A stretch of 64,000 bases of DNA, taken from contig CAWCKJ010000003.1 of NCBI GenBank assembly GCA_963796105.1, positions 768,001-832,000 on the forward strand. The letters are read 5' to 3'. Under the pieces are notes generated by a model. It saw nothing but the letters and a program-made list of their open reading frames with translations. It did not search any database and had not been told where the DNA came from. Origin of the DNA: a candidate division FCPU426 bacterium. GTDB taxonomy: Bacteria > Oederibacteriota > Muellerivitia > Muellerivitales > Muellerivitaceae. The position numbers and the translations under genes are program-made. Shown in pieces: positions 21,510 through 32,133 of this stretch (the first letter of the stretch is position 1; each line of letters opens with the position of its first letter).

Positions 21510-22415
21510 TTAAAATCGACTTGCCAAATACTCCAAATGCCTCGCGATTTCATTGAAAGCCGTGAATTCCAGGCCGAATTCTTTCTTGATCATGCCTAGG
21601 TCAAACAGCATCGGTTTCTCGCACCAACCGTTGTCCTCCACCACGATCTCGCCTTTCGAGCCCGTGATTTCAAGAGTCTTTCGAGCCACCTTTTCCCAGG
21701 TCACAAACTCACTGGATAAGCCAAAGAAAATACGCCGGTTCATACCGCTCCGCAATACAGCGCTAAACAACTTCGCCAGGTCCCCCGCCCAGATGAACTG
21801 CGTGCCATCATACTGAGTGACCCGAATGGGCTGGTTCTTTTTCGCCGCCTCGACAATCTTGTTGAAACGCTGGTCTGGCTGGGTGACCCCATCCGTGAAA
21901 GCGGGGTTCCCGAAGGTGTAACCAGGGCGGATGATGTTGCAGCGGATTTTCGCTTTTGCGGCGAATCCCAAAAGGTAGGCTTCTGAAGCCGCCTTTGTAG
22001 CCCCATAAAGGTCCATCGGCCTGGTATCAATGGTTTCGTCCATCAAGGGTCGGAACTCTCCCACCGCGGCAGTGGAGGAGGTATAGAGGAATTGCCTCAC
22101 GCCCACAGTCTCAGCCGCCTCCAGCATATGCGCGGTAACAGCCGTGTCCTTTTCAAGCATGGTGGTGGGCGTCTCCCCCCAGCCCAGGGCGATATGAACG
22201 CATGCGTCGCACCCTTTCAATGCCCTTTCGATGACGTTCTTGTCGTAAAGATTGCCCGCGACAAGCTCTACGTCCGGCGTGATTTTCAGTGAGGGAATTT
22301 TCCCCATGTTCCGGATCAAAAGCCGAAGCTGGTGGCCCTGGGCTAATAGCTCCTTAACGACCCAATGCCCGATAAACCCGCTGCCCCCGGTTAAAAATAT
22401 TTTCATCTTTCCCAT
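21510..22415 (-). CDS. NAD-dependent epimerase/dehydratase (extended SDR)
   Basis: TGGSGFIG, SSTAA, YGATK. Confidence 0.9.
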   Translation of the reverse strand: MGKMKIFLTGGSGFIGHWVVKELLAQGHQLRLLIRNMGKIPSLKITPDVELVAGNLYDKNVIERALKGCDACVHIALGWGETPTTMLEKDTAVTAHMLEAAETVGVRQFLYTSSTAAVGEFRPLMDETIDTRPMDLYGATKAASEAYLLGFAAKAKIRCNIIRPGYTFGNPAFTDGVTQPDQRFNKIVEAAKKNQPIRVTQYDGTQFIWAGDLAKLFSAVLRSGMNRRIFFGLSSEFVTWEKVARKTLEITGSKGEIVVEDNGWCEKPMLFDLGMIKKEFGLEFTAFNEIARHLEYLASRF

Positions 22416-22650
22416 ACCGCCTTTTTAGAAATTTGAAGACCGGCGAATATTATGCCAATTTAACCTACGAACTATGAATAATGATAAATGTGTAATGGTT
22501 GTTCCGTTCGCCGAAAACAACCCAAAAATAGCGGAATTAACGCGTTCCTTAAGCCCCGAAGGATTCTAAAAACTTTTTCCAAGCTGGAAGATTCCATTTA
22601 TAATCACATTTTCTCGTTATGCCGTTATCCCATTTGAAAAGGACCGAACT

Positions 22651-23943
22651 ATGAGTACCGCCATGCGCTTCGACCTCACCCAAAAGGACATCCCGACCCA
22701 TTGGTACAACATCCTGCCGGACTTTCCGACCCCTCTTCCCCCGCCGCTTCATCCCGGCACCAAACAGCCCGTGACGCCGGACCTCATGGCCGGGATTTTC
22801 CCGATGAACCTCGTCATGCAGGAATTCGCGCCGGAGAACCGCGTTGAAATCCCTGAGGAAGTCAGGGACATTTACTCCCTGTGGCGCCCGACCCCTCTTC
22901 TACGAGCGGTACGCTTCGAGAAGGCTCTCGATACTCCCGCCCATATCTATTACAAATACGAGGGCGCGTCGCCCGCCGGCTCCCACAAGCCCAACACGGC
23001 CGTTCCACAGGCCTACTACAACAAGCAGGCCGGAACAAAGGAGCTGGTGACGGAGACAGGAGCCGGCCAATGGGGCTCCTCCCTGGCCCTGGCTTGCAAG
23101 CTCTTCGGGTTGAAATGCACCGTCTTCATGGTCCGGGTGAGCTTCCACCAGAAACCCTACCGCAAGCTAATGATGCAGACCTGGGGCGCCACGGTGTTCC
23201 CGTCCCCCAGCCACGAGACGGAGTTCGGGAAGAAAATGCTCCACCAGGACTCAGATTGTCCCGGAAGCCTTGGCATCGCCATCTCGGAAGCCATCGAGCG
23301 GATGTCCAAGACCCCCAACAGCAAGTACTCCCTAGGCTCGGTTTTGAACCACGTCTGCATGCACCAGACCGTGATCGGCCTGGAGGCCCTCAAGCAGATG
23401 GAGATCGCCGGGGAATATCCTGACGTGGTCGTTGGCTGCGCCGGGGGCGGATCGAACTTCTCGGGAATCGCCTTCCCCTTCGTCGAGCAAAACCTGAAGA
23501 AGGGCAAGAAGACGCGGATCCTGGCGGTGGAACCCTCCTCCTGCCCCTCGCTGACCAAAGGCGAGTACCGCTACGACTTCGGCGACACCGCGGGAACCAC
23601 GCCCCTCATGAAGATGTATACATTAGGAGCGGATTTCATGCCCCCTTCCATCCACGCCGGCGGGCTTCGCTACCATGGCATGGCCCCCACGGTCAGCCAT
23701 CTCTACGCCAACAAGCTCATCGAGGCCGCGGCCGTTCCGCAGGAAGAGGTTTTTGACGCGGCCCTGCAATTCGCGGGATCAGAGGGGATCATCCCCGCGC
23801 CGGAATCCTCCCACGCCATCGCACAGGTGGTCACGGAAGCCAAAGCCGCCAAGGCCGAGGGCAAGAAGCGGGTCATCCTCTTCAACCTCTCAGGCCACGG
23901 CATGCTGGACCTGGCGGCCTATGACGAGTTCATGAACGGCTGA
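22651..23943 (+). CDS. trpB2: TrpB2-type tryptophan synthase beta-like PLP enzyme
   Basis: [33 protein letters not shown]; stand-alone gene. Confidence 0.92.
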   Translation: MSTAMRFDLTQKDIPTHWYNILPDFPTPLPPPLHPGTKQPVTPDLMAGIFPMNLVMQEFAPENRVEIPEEVRDIYSLWRPTPLLRAVRFEKALDTPAHIYYKYEGASPAGSHKPNTAVPQAYYNKQAGTKELVTETGAGQWGSSLALACKLFGLKCTVFMVRVSFHQKPYRKLMMQTWGATVFPSPSHETEFGKKMLHQDSDCPGSLGIAISEAIERMSKTPNSKYSLGSVLNHVCMHQTVIGLEALKQMEIAGEYPDVVVGCAGGGSNFSGIAFPFVEQNLKKGKKTRILAVEPSSCPSLTKGEYRYDFGDTAGTTPLMKMYTLGADFMPPSIHAGGLRYHGMAPTVSHLYANKLIEAAAVPQEEVFDAALQFAGSEGIIPAPESSHAIAQVVTEAKAAKAEGKKRVILFNLSGHGMLDLAAYDEFMNG

Positions 23944-23992
23944 GTCGAAAAACAACGGTTTGACGTTTTTCTATACATGAGAGGTTAAAACC

Positions 23993-24604
23993 TTGAAAAA
24001 ACTGCTCCTGGGCTTGGCATTAGGGATTCTCAGTTTGTCCGCGTCCCTGGAAGCCCGGGGGCTTTTCGAGGGTATCCTGGATGTGGACATAACGCCTATC
24101 ACCGGAAAGATCCTGTCGGTTCAATATTACGTGAAGGGAACGAAAGTCCGGCAGGATATGACGGTCGGGAACCGGGTCACCATCACTCTCATGGACGCCG
24201 CTTCCAAATCGGCGACAGTACTTTTTCCAGAGCAAAAATCCTTCATGATTATGCCCATGCCTAATCCGCGGAAGGTCACGAAATCCAAGGGCCTGAGGAT
24301 TTCCAGGTCCGGCAAGACCATTGAATTGCTCGGCAAGACCTGTGAGGAATGGATTTGCGAGTCGAAAACGGGACCATCCACCATATACAGCGCCAAAGGA
24401 ATGGGAAAATTCACAGCCATGAGCAACGGGGAGGACGCTTGGACCGGCATTCAAGAAGAGGGCCTTTTCCCATTGAGAGTGGTGACAAAGATGAACAACA
24501 GCCGGATTGTCATATGGGAAGTCAAAACCATCACGAAAAAATCATTGGGTGAGAGCGTCTTTGCCTTACCGGACGATTACCAAAAGATGCCCGGACCGAA
24601 TTAA
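23993..24604 (+). CDS. Secreted DUF4412-like protein
   Basis: Signal peptide; KVRQD, G.CEEW, GLFPLR, F.LPDDY pattern. Confidence 0.6.
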   Translation: MKKLLLGLALGILSLSASLEARGLFEGILDVDITPITGKILSVQYYVKGTKVRQDMTVGNRVTITLMDAASKSATVLFPEQKSFMIMPMPNPRKVTKSKGLRISRSGKTIELLGKTCEEWICESKTGPSTIYSAKGMGKFTAMSNGEDAWTGIQEEGLFPLRVVTKMNNSRIVIWEVKTITKKSLGESVFALPDDYQKMPGPN

Positions 24605-24647
24605 AAATTTTCCCCCTGGAAGTTCTGTAGCGGTGGGAAAATCAACT

Positions 24648-24824
24648 TTAGGCTTTCGATAAAAGTTCCCTAACCCTCGCCGCTTCCTCGGGCTTGAGAT
24701 TGACCTTGTTCCCGTCCAGAAGGACCACCTCGTTCACGTTCTTCATTTCCCTTAACAGGATCACCTGGTCCGTATTGAGGGTGTAAGCCACCCCGACCGC
24801 GTCCGTCACATTAATAAAAGCCAT
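24648..24824 (-). CDS. Small hypothetical protein, FlbD-like
   Basis: 58 aa, GGAGG RBS; LNTDQV...L.DG.K resembles the FlbD pattern. Confidence 0.5.
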   Translation of the reverse strand: MAFINVTDAVGVAYTLNTDQVILLREMKNVNEVVLLDGNKVNLKPEEAARVRELLSKA

Positions 24825-24908
24825 GGATACCCTCCGGATGGATTTCAATACATCTATTATCAGGGGTAGTATAACCAAAATCGCGAGGATCAGAGCCCGC
24901 CGCGAGGG

Positions 24909-25370
24909 CTATGGAGCCGAAAATTCCAAGACTATCCTTGAAATGTAATTCTCCAATTGGGCCGTCAAAGGGCCGGACAGGCCCTTCCGTGGGCAGACTT
25001 CGGAGGGCTCGAACCCGAAAATCACGATTTCTTCAGCGGTTTCACCCAGCAACTTGGCGGTTTCCAGCATCTCGAAAAGATCCCCCTCGTGCAGGGACAA
25101 CCTGGGGAGAACCTTTTCGGTTTTCACTTGGGATGGCAGGAACCTTCGGAACTCCCCGGGCTTCAGGCCCATCAGGGCGCAGTCCAGGAAAACCACTTTG
25201 CGGCGGCCCCGGAGGGCGTGAAGGGCCGTCAGAATGGAGCCAGCCGAGTCAATAAGATCCACCGATGTTGGAAGCGGGGTTTGTTCCCGAAGAAGATCCA
25301 GGAGCGCTGGTCCCACGCCCTCGTCCCCCATCAGGGGGTTTCCGAGGGCCACCACCGCGTCCCGGTTCAT
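24909..25370 (-). CDS. Hydrogenase maturation protease
   Basis: GNPLMGDEGVG, FLDC, SLHE. Confidence 0.93.
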   Translation of the reverse strand: MNRDAVVALGNPLMGDEGVGPALLDLLREQTPLPTSVDLIDSAGSILTALHALRGRRKVVFLDCALMGLKPGEFRRFLPSQVKTEKVLPRLSLHEGDLFEMLETAKLLGETAEEIVIFGFEPSEVCPRKGLSGPLTAQLENYISRIVLEFSAP

Positions 25371-25377
25371 GAGAGCG

Positions 25378-26676
25378 TCAGACGAAGGACACCTCGAGGA
25401 AGTGGGTGGAGCAGGATACGCATGGATCGTAAGCCCTCACCAGCATCTCGAGGCGCAAGCGTATGTCGTCCTGGCTTTTGTCCAGGATGGCCGGAACCAG
25501 GGCCTCCACATCTTTCTGGAGGTTTCCGTGGTTCTGGTTGGTCGGGATGCAGACGTTGGCCGCCGTGCAGACTCCCCTCTCGTCGAAAATATAGCGGTGG
25601 AAAAGAATACCCCTGGGAGCCTCAACAGCTGAGGCGCCGTTGCCGGCCCTCGGCTTCACGGGAACACGCTCGGCCTTGATTTTACGGTTCAGGAGAGTGT
25701 CCAGCATTCCCAGGGATTCCTCGACCACGTGGAAGGTCTCCACCAGTTGGACGACAGTGTTCAGGTAAGGGTTGGTCAATTTCGGGCCCAGGCCGAACTT
25801 GCCAGCCCATTTCTTGGCCAGGGGGGAAAGCTGGGCATGGTTCAGGTTGTAACGGGCCAGGGCGCCCACCGAGTAGGCGTCGCGGTGCCAGCGCGCCCAC
25901 TTGGCCGTGGATTGGGGAGACACGTACTCGTTGGCCACGGACTCGAACTTGGAGGCCGGAGTCGTGCCCTTGGCGTCGGAGCTTGCGATCTCGCCGTCGT
26001 ACATGGCGTAGGTTCCGGGCTTGCTCAAGGCCACATACTCGGTATCCCGCTCGAAAGAAGGCAGTTTGCCGGCCAGGCTCAGGACCACCTCGGCCACTTC
26101 CTGGGCCGGGGCCACGAGAGAGGCCAGGGTCTTGCGCAGGCCCTCCAGCTGAGCGGTCGTGGGAATCCGGGTGAAACCGCCCGGAACCAGGGTGACGGGA
26201 TGGGTGGTTCTTCCGGCCAAAAGGTCGGACCACTCGTTGGCCGCGCGATGCAGGCCCACGATTTTCTTCACGACTTCTGGGTGGGTCGCGACGAGCGGCA
26301 CCACCGACTTCACGCCTAAAAGATCAGGCGCCACCAGGTAGCCCACATGCAGGACATGGCTCTGGGCCATCTCGGAATAGTGCGTCAAGGTCCGGAGCAT
26401 TTTCACGTCCTCGGACAGCTCAATGCCCAGCGCGTCCTCCACGGCCTTGATGGCGGCCATGGAATGACTGATGGAGCAGATGCCGCAAATCCGGGAGACG
26501 ACCTCCTGGATCTCGTCCCACCTGCGGCCCCGTACCATGGCCTCGAAAAAGCGGGGCGCCTCAGGGACCTGCCACTCGGCCTTGATGATGCGGCCGTCCT
26601 CGGCCTTCACCACGAGGTTTCCGTGTCCCTCGATGCGGGTGACGTGATGGACTTCCAGGTTCAGGGTCTTAGGCAT
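25378..26676 (-). CDS. hydA: Group 3b [NiFe]-hydrogenase large (alpha) subunit
   Basis: TRIEGH, RICGIC (L1), EAPRG, YDPCVSCSTH (L2) with a cleavable tail. Confidence 0.95.
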   Translation of the reverse strand: MPKTLNLEVHHVTRIEGHGNLVVKAEDGRIIKAEWQVPEAPRFFEAMVRGRRWDEIQEVVSRICGICSISHSMAAIKAVEDALGIELSEDVKMLRTLTHYSEMAQSHVLHVGYLVAPDLLGVKSVVPLVATHPEVVKKIVGLHRAANEWSDLLAGRTTHPVTLVPGGFTRIPTTAQLEGLRKTLASLVAPAQEVAEVVLSLAGKLPSFERDTEYVALSKPGTYAMYDGEIASSDAKGTTPASKFESVANEYVSPQSTAKWARWHRDAYSVGALARYNLNHAQLSPLAKKWAGKFGLGPKLTNPYLNTVVQLVETFHVVEESLGMLDTLLNRKIKAERVPVKPRAGNGASAVEAPRGILFHRYIFDERGVCTAANVCIPTNQNHGNLQKDVEALVPAILDKSQDDIRLRLEMLVRAYDPCVSCSTHFLEVSFV

Positions 26677-27421
26677 GGGAGGGCTCCTTGTAAGGCTTGA
26701 GGAAAATTTCCATCTTGCTGTCCAAATCCGCCCGGGTCAAACCGTAAAGTGCCGTCGAAGCGGCCAAACCTTCGGGATTCGCGTCCTCGGAGTATCCGCG
26801 GCAGGCCACGCAAACGCCGCCCTTGGAGGTGCAGGCCGCGTCGCAGCCGGCCCGCGCGAGGGGCCCCAAGCAGACTTCCCCTTTCGTCCACCGGCAGGCG
26901 ACTTCCTTCAAACGGCATTCCACGCAGACGGAGTAGCTGGGGATGAAGGGTTCCCTTCCCAGCAGGAGGCACTTCACGATGTACACGAGTTCCTTGCCGG
27001 AGATCGGACAGCCTCTCACGATGTAATCCACCTTCACGACTTCCCCGACCCCCTGGGTGAGGGCCGTGGACAGGTGTCCCATGGCGCCGTCCTTGCCGTA
27101 AACCGCTTGACGGACCTCGTTCAGGTCGAACTGGTTCTTGAGGCGGTTCACCCCGCCGTCAATGGCGCAGGCGCCGAGGGCGATGAGCAGCTTGGAGCGC
27201 TCCCGGACCTTCCTGAGCTTTTCCGCGTCCTGGGGACGGGTGATGGACCCCTCGATAATGGCGATGTCGTAGTTTTCACCTTGCTCGGACATGGCTTCCC
27301 GCCATTCCACGACGTCGGCAACCTGGATCAGGTCCAGGATGGCCTCCTCCAGGTTCACCACCTGGAGCTGGCACCCTTCGCAGCAGGCGAAATCGAATAT
27401 GGCGATCTTGGGTTTGGACAT
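26669..27421 (-). CDS. hydD: Group 3b hydrogenase small (delta) subunit
   Basis: CCEGC, GACA, GCP, C-terminal Fe-S cysteines. Confidence 0.92.
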   Translation of the reverse strand: MSKPKIAIFDFACCEGCQLQVVNLEEAILDLIQVADVVEWREAMSEQGENYDIAIIEGSITRPQDAEKLRKVRERSKLLIALGACAIDGGVNRLKNQFDLNEVRQAVYGKDGAMGHLSTALTQGVGEVVKVDYIVRGCPISGKELVYIVKCLLLGREPFIPSYSVCVECRLKEVACRWTKGEVCLGPLARAGCDAACTSKGGVCVACRGYSEDANPEGLAASTALYGLTRADLDSKMEIFLKPYKEPSHA

Positions 27422-28284
27422 TAGATGGCCTCCGGTACGTCGAGAATATCCTTATAGGCGAACACCGGGCCAGCCTGGCAGACATAAAGGCCGTTCATCT
27501 GGCAATGGCCGCATTTCCCGACGCCGCACTTCATGCGGCGCTCCAGGGAGACGAAGATGTTCTTGTTAGGCACCTGCAGGCGCCTCAGCTCGCGGATGAC
27601 GAATTTGTACATGATCGGGGGTCCGCAAATGACCGCCGTCCACTCCTCATCGCCGAGGGAGAACTTGTTGAAGAGAGTCGTGATGAGGCCGACATTCCCC
27701 TTCCAATCGGGGGTCCCCTGGTCCACAGTCTCCAGGAACTCCACGTCCTTTCGCTTGGACCATTCAGCCAGCTCTTCGGTAAAGAGCCTGTCTGACGAAA
27801 GGCGGGTTCCAGACAAGATCACGACCCGCCTGTAATCCTTGCGGTTCTTAAGTACCCATTGGATCCCGGAGCGCAAGGGCACCAGCCCTATGCCCCCTCC
27901 GATGAACATCACGTTCTTTCCTTTTAATTCTTTTTCCACAGGGAACACCGTGCCGAAAGGCCCGCGGATTCCCACCTTGGCGCCAGGCTTCATCTTGTGA
28001 AGGGCCTGGGTGACCACGCCTAAACGACGGATAACCATTTGGAAAACGCCCTTGACCGTGGGGGAGGAGGAGATGGAAATGGGGGCTTCCCCCATGCCCG
28101 GCACGGAGACTTCCACAAATTGGCCCGGCATGTGGCCAAGTTCCTTGCCTGAGTCCAGCTTGACCTCAAAAAAGGTGTCTAACTGGGTCATGGGCTCGAT
28201 TCGCACCAAGGTGGCCGGCATGGGCAGATACATGTCCGCCGGTTTGGTTTGTTTTTTCCTTTTGGTGGCTGTGGGCATGGTCAT
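27421..28284 (-). CDS. hydG: Group 3b hydrogenase gamma subunit (FAD/NAD(P), 2Fe-2S)
   Basis: GIRGPFG, GGGIG, CGPP, ERRMKCGVGKCGHC; ATGA overlap with the beta subunit. Confidence 0.92.
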   Translation of the reverse strand: MTMPTATKRKKQTKPADMYLPMPATLVRIEPMTQLDTFFEVKLDSGKELGHMPGQFVEVSVPGMGEAPISISSSPTVKGVFQMVIRRLGVVTQALHKMKPGAKVGIRGPFGTVFPVEKELKGKNVMFIGGGIGLVPLRSGIQWVLKNRKDYRRVVILSGTRLSSDRLFTEELAEWSKRKDVEFLETVDQGTPDWKGNVGLITTLFNKFSLGDEEWTAVICGPPIMYKFVIRELRRLQVPNKNIFVSLERRMKCGVGKCGHCQMNGLYVCQAGPVFAYKDILDVPEAI

Positions 28285-29297
28285 TCCCCCCAAAGTTTAT
28301 TGAAGACTTCGACTGGATTCGCGATTTTCGGGACGCAGGCCGTCACGCACCTTCCGCATCCCACGCAGGAGAGGTCCCCGTTCATTTCCGGGAAGTACTC
28401 CCCCTTATGGAGGAAGCGGTGCCTGTAGCGTTCCACGGCGTTTTTTCGGAAATTATGGTTTCCCGCCACCACCGCGAAATCCTTCAACTGGCATCCGTCC
28501 CAACTCCGGCAGCGGGTCCCGCATTGGAGATCCCATTCCGGCTCGTCCTGCACGTCGAAACAATAGCATGTGGGGCAGACGATATTGCAGGCCCCGCAGG
28601 AAAGGCACAAGGCGGCTTTTTCCTTCCAAACAGGGTGGTCATAATTTCGCCTCAAAAGGTCAGGCAGGTCCTGAGGCGACCCCTTGAGCTGGTGTTTTCT
28701 CTGGGCTTTCTTGCTGGCTTCCCACATTTTCTCCCGCTCTTCAAGCTGTTCCTTAGTAGCGTTCTTGACCGGCCCCATGGATTTTATCAGGGCCTCACCC
28801 TTCTTGGTCCAAGCCTCGGCCAGATACCCTCCTGGAATCCGGGTCAGGAGAAGGTCCCCCTCCTTCGTGACGGCCGTTCCCATGGAACCTGCGAAATTGT
28901 TCGCTGAGACCCTTTCCACGTCCAGGACCACGATCGTGCAGGCGTCGCGGCGGGCGGCGTAATGGGCGTCCTTGTGCTGTTTCAAGTAGAAATTGTCCGT
29001 CTGGGTGACGGCGGCCATGTCATAGGGATGGACCCCGAACAGCACGAAAGGCTTGGTCTCCATCACGCTCTTATATTCGGAACCCTTGTAGGTAAGCATG
29101 ACCTCATGAGGGGGAAGCAGGAATTTTTTTGGGGGAAGCACCGTGACATCGTAATCCAGCCTCAATTCGGAGGCGTGGGCGAGGGGCTCAAAGGCAAACA
29201 AGCCTTCCTGCTCCACAGGCCCGATGACTGCCTGCTTCTTGCGAAGGGCATCCACCCAAGCGTTGAGAATATTGGAATCCAGTTTCTTGACGGCCAT
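28281..29297 (-). CDS. hydB: Group 3b hydrogenase beta subunit (4Fe-4S)
   Basis: CLSCGACNIVCPTCYC and CVGCGRCVTAC. Confidence 0.92.
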   Translation of the reverse strand: MAVKKLDSNILNAWVDALRKKQAVIGPVEQEGLFAFEPLAHASELRLDYDVTVLPPKKFLLPPHEVMLTYKGSEYKSVMETKPFVLFGVHPYDMAAVTQTDNFYLKQHKDAHYAARRDACTIVVLDVERVSANNFAGSMGTAVTKEGDLLLTRIPGGYLAEAWTKKGEALIKSMGPVKNATKEQLEEREKMWEASKKAQRKHQLKGSPQDLPDLLRRNYDHPVWKEKAALCLSCGACNIVCPTCYCFDVQDEPEWDLQCGTRCRSWDGCQLKDFAVVAGNHNFRKNAVERYRHRFLHKGEYFPEMNGDLSCVGCGRCVTACVPKIANPVEVFNKLWGE

Positions 29298-29369
29298 GGA
29301 GCCCTCCAAAGTGGAACCACGACGGGGTTCGTTGATGTATGAAAATATAACATCGCGAAACCTCGTTTA

Positions 29370-29387
29370 TTATGACTTGTGTCATAA
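29370..29387. promoter_or_regulatory. 18-bp palindromic operator upstream of the hydrogenase operon
   Basis: TTATGAC-TTGT-GTCATAA perfect inverted repeat. Confidence 0.5.
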
Positions 29388-29702
29388 CTTTTAACTACCA
29401 CTACAGGCTGTTGTCCAAAAGTTTATAGGCCGGAGAAAAAGTGAGAGAATTTTTTCAAACTTTTTTCCGGAAATTTGACCTAAAAAATCCGCCGGGAATC
29501 ATCAGTTGGAAATTTAACCGGAGAAAACTTAAACCGGCTGTCCTATGCTCCCGACTGTTTTATCTTTTTTTCGAAAAATATTTCAATTTCCCCGCTGGAT
29601 GATTTACCCAAAATGGAATATTGGGCCATTTAAACCCAATTATTCAGCGAATAATACTAACCGATTGTTGATAAAGGGAATCAGTAAGACCTAGTATGAC
29701 TT

Positions 29703-29927
29703 ATGCATAATTCAGACCATCAAATCATTTTAATTTTCGGCAGGAATGTCCAAAAGATCCGTAAGAAACATGGTTGGACCCAGGAAATATTGGGGGATCG
29801 GGCCGGTTTGCAGGGAAGCTATATCGGTTTCGTGGAACGCGGCGAGAGAAGCATCACCCTTAAAAACATCGTCAAGATTTACAAAGCCTTGGGCTGTTCC
29901 ATCAGCAAACTCTTAGAGGGAATTTAA
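29703..29927 (+). CDS. XRE-family HTH regulator
   Basis: FG.NVQKIR...TQE.L...SYIGFVERGERSITL. Confidence 0.9.
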   Translation: MHNSDHQIILIFGRNVQKIRKKHGWTQEILGDRAGLQGSYIGFVERGERSITLKNIVKIYKALGCSISKLLEGI

Positions 29928-29960
29928 CCAATAACAGGATTTAGAAACCCGTGTCTATAA

Positions 29961-29994
29961 AAAAAAGGCCCCAATCTCTATTGGGGCCTTTTTT
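29961..29994. terminator. Bidirectional intrinsic terminator
   Basis: AAAAAAGGCCCCAAT-CTCT-ATTGGGGCCTTTTTT between convergent genes. Confidence 0.85.
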
Positions 29995-30016
29995 AAAAAA
30001 GCTAAATTCAGCAACT

Positions 30017-30625
30017 TTATTTTTTCAGTCCCGGCCAGTTATCCATTACGATTTTCAAGCACATGTCCATGATCTTGCTGGCGCTGGAACAATCGAAAAT
30101 GCAGGGATTGCCGGCGATAAACTCGAGACCCTCGGAAGCCTTCCAAAGCACTTCCCCGGTGGTCGCGTCGACCCACCGCAAGGCAAGTCCGGCGTCATAA
30201 ATGTGATGGCTCATGTTGGCGCTCTCGCTCCAGCCAGTGACCTCGCCGAAAACAATGGAGTCGGCGCCGAACGCTTTTCCCAGCCAAACAGAGATCTTGG
30301 GGTCAGCCGTTCCCGTGGCGGTCCAAACGGTGCGGTATCTCGTCACGACATCAATCACAGAGGGGGTTGACAGCATCATCTGCTTGACGGCATCGGGTGG
30401 AATGACCCGGTCGAACAACTTGCAGTCTGTCAGGCATTGGAGCATCTTGGTATTGGTGGCGGTGTTAGCCACTTCCATTCCGACGGTGTTGATAAAAGGA
30501 AGAATGACCACCGTTTTCGGGTGAAACTGGTCTATTTTAGGGCTGACCTCGGAAAATTGAATCGCGGGGGCGCAGCCTCCAATCATCAAAGCCAAACCCA
30601 GCAAAGCCAATAAAATTTTTCTCAT
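30017..30625 (-). CDS. Lipoprotein (GNA1162/CsgG-like alpha/beta fold)
   Basis: IGGC lipobox, VVILPF.N, GADSIVFG.V, VDATTGEVLW. Confidence 0.7.
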   Translation of the reverse strand: MRKILLALLGLALMIGGCAPAIQFSEVSPKIDQFHPKTVVILPFINTVGMEVANTATNTKMLQCLTDCKLFDRVIPPDAVKQMMLSTPSVIDVVTRYRTVWTATGTADPKISVWLGKAFGADSIVFGEVTGWSESANMSHHIYDAGLALRWVDATTGEVLWKASEGLEFIAGNPCIFDCSSASKIMDMCLKIVMDNWPGLKK

Positions 30626-30859
30626 AAACTTACTCCCGGTGAGGATGAATTTGAGGATTAGACAAGCGAACTAATGACTTCGCCAATATACCACACTTGA
30701 ACTTTCAGCCATTTAATATTTAGGCGGAATTTACTAGGCCCAAAAAACGCCAGATTAAAAATACCTGAAATTGGTTCCCCCTTGGCGTGTCCCACATGAA
30801 AATGACCTGAAAAGGCGCCTCTTCTTAAATGATTAGACCTATTCAGAAAGTTGAATCCG

Positions 30860-31345
30860 TCAGTACCACTTCAATTTTTTACTTTGTGTTCCCTTGTAGG
30901 AAACATTTTTGTTACCAGCGGGATTCTGGGAAGAATCTAAAGATAGGAATTCTTTATCAATCGTCATGATATCGTGATAATCCATGTCGTTATTGATGGC
31001 CCCGATTGTTTCTTGGGTTTTTTGACGTTTCCCAAGGATGAGGCTTAATTGGTAACTTGAAGTTGATCTTTCAGAACTTTGAAAGAAAAAAGCACGGGAA
31101 TTACCGTTTTTCAGCCCGGAAAGTTCAAAAACATTCGGGCCGACTTTCAATCTCCCTTCCAAAATGGCTTGCCCTGTCTTATTCCAGACTTCGATTTCGC
31201 CTTTCCCTTTCCCGCAACCGATTAAGGAAAATAAAAGAATGGGTATAATGCGGAAAAGTTTAGTTGACATGGAAAACAGCTTAGCCCCTGAGACCCTCAG
31301 AGGCAACTTTTTAAGGGATTCAGCATGAGCGCCAAATATTCTCAT
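30860..31345 (-). CDS. Hypothetical lipoprotein
   Basis: LIGC lipobox; true start may be ATG 31270. Confidence 0.6.
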   Translation of the reverse strand: MRIFGAHAESLKKLPLRVSGAKLFSMSTKLFRIIPILLFSLIGCGKGKGEIEVWNKTGQAILEGRLKVGPNVFELSGLKNGNSRAFFFQSSERSTSSYQLSLILGKRQKTQETIGAINNDMDYHDIMTIDKEFLSLDSSQNPAGNKNVSYKGTQSKKLKWY

Positions 31346-32133
31346 TTGATTTTTTCTTGATTGTCACGAGACATCACATCGTTGAGGAACCTTGAAACGG
31401 CCGCGAGCGTACCGCCTGTCAAAACATGTCCGATCTGGAATTCTTTTAACACCGGATGATACCCGGCCTGCCTTAAGGCTTGTAGGGTTCCCTGGGTATC
31501 CTCATTCTGGACAATGGGATCCCATGTTCCGTGGACCAGGAGAATTGGTGTTTTAGGGGAAGCCGTGGGATGAGCCAATGATTTTTTGGGATTCGCTAAA
31601 TAACCGCTCATCGAGACAATCGCCTCGACGTTCCCTTGGTAATTCAACCCCGCCTCCAAGGCCATGACTGCCCCTTGGGAAAGACCCATGACGATGACCG
31701 GCCTGGGTTTAGGCTGCGTCAAGCTTTCGGAGGGGCTTGAGGATACGCGTGAAAAACGCTTCATGACCTCGAAAAGGTAATCCCGGCTGTAATCAATATC
31801 CTTACGGCTGTGGGTAAAACGGCCATACCAGAAATGCTCCCCCATTCCGGAATGGCCCAATGGGAGAGGGGCGTCCGGCAGGACGAACCGGCAGGGGGGG
31901 AGCTTCAACTCATCGCAAAGGGCAAGCACCGAATCACCATTGCCCTTGGAGCCATGAAGAATCAGGACCACCGGCGCGTCGGCGGGCAGGTCGGCCGGTT
32001 CCACCACCAGGCATCGGTTATTTCGAACATAAACCTCAGAAAAGGGCGAATCTCCTCGTGCCAGCTTGGCAAATAAAATAATTAATAATAACGCGCAATT
32101 AATCCAGAAAAATATTTTTAAGTATTTCCTCAA
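31342..32133 (-). CDS. Phospholipase/carboxylesterase-family alpha/beta hydrolase
   Basis: LHG, GLSQG nucleophile, HGTWD, GH catalytic triad motifs. Confidence 0.88.
   Translation of the reverse strand: MRKYLKIFFWINCALLLIILFAKLARGDSPFSEVYVRNNRCLVVEPADLPADAPVVLILHGSKGNGDSVLALCDELKLPPCRFVLPDAPLPLGHSGMGEHFWYGRFTHSRKDIDYSRDYLFEVMKRFSRVSSSPSESLTQPKPRPVIVMGLSQGAVMALEAGLNYQGNVEAIVSMSGYLANPKKSLAHPTASPKTPILLVHGTWDPIVQNEDTQGTLQALRQAGYHPVLKEFQIGHVLTGGTLAAVSRFLNDVMSRDNQEKIK

Noticed and set aside
22443..22458. Sigma-54 promoter for the epimerase (TTGGCATAATATTCGC)
   Set aside because: The spacing fits but the -12 element is weak and it contains a sigma-70-like CATAAT; ambiguous.
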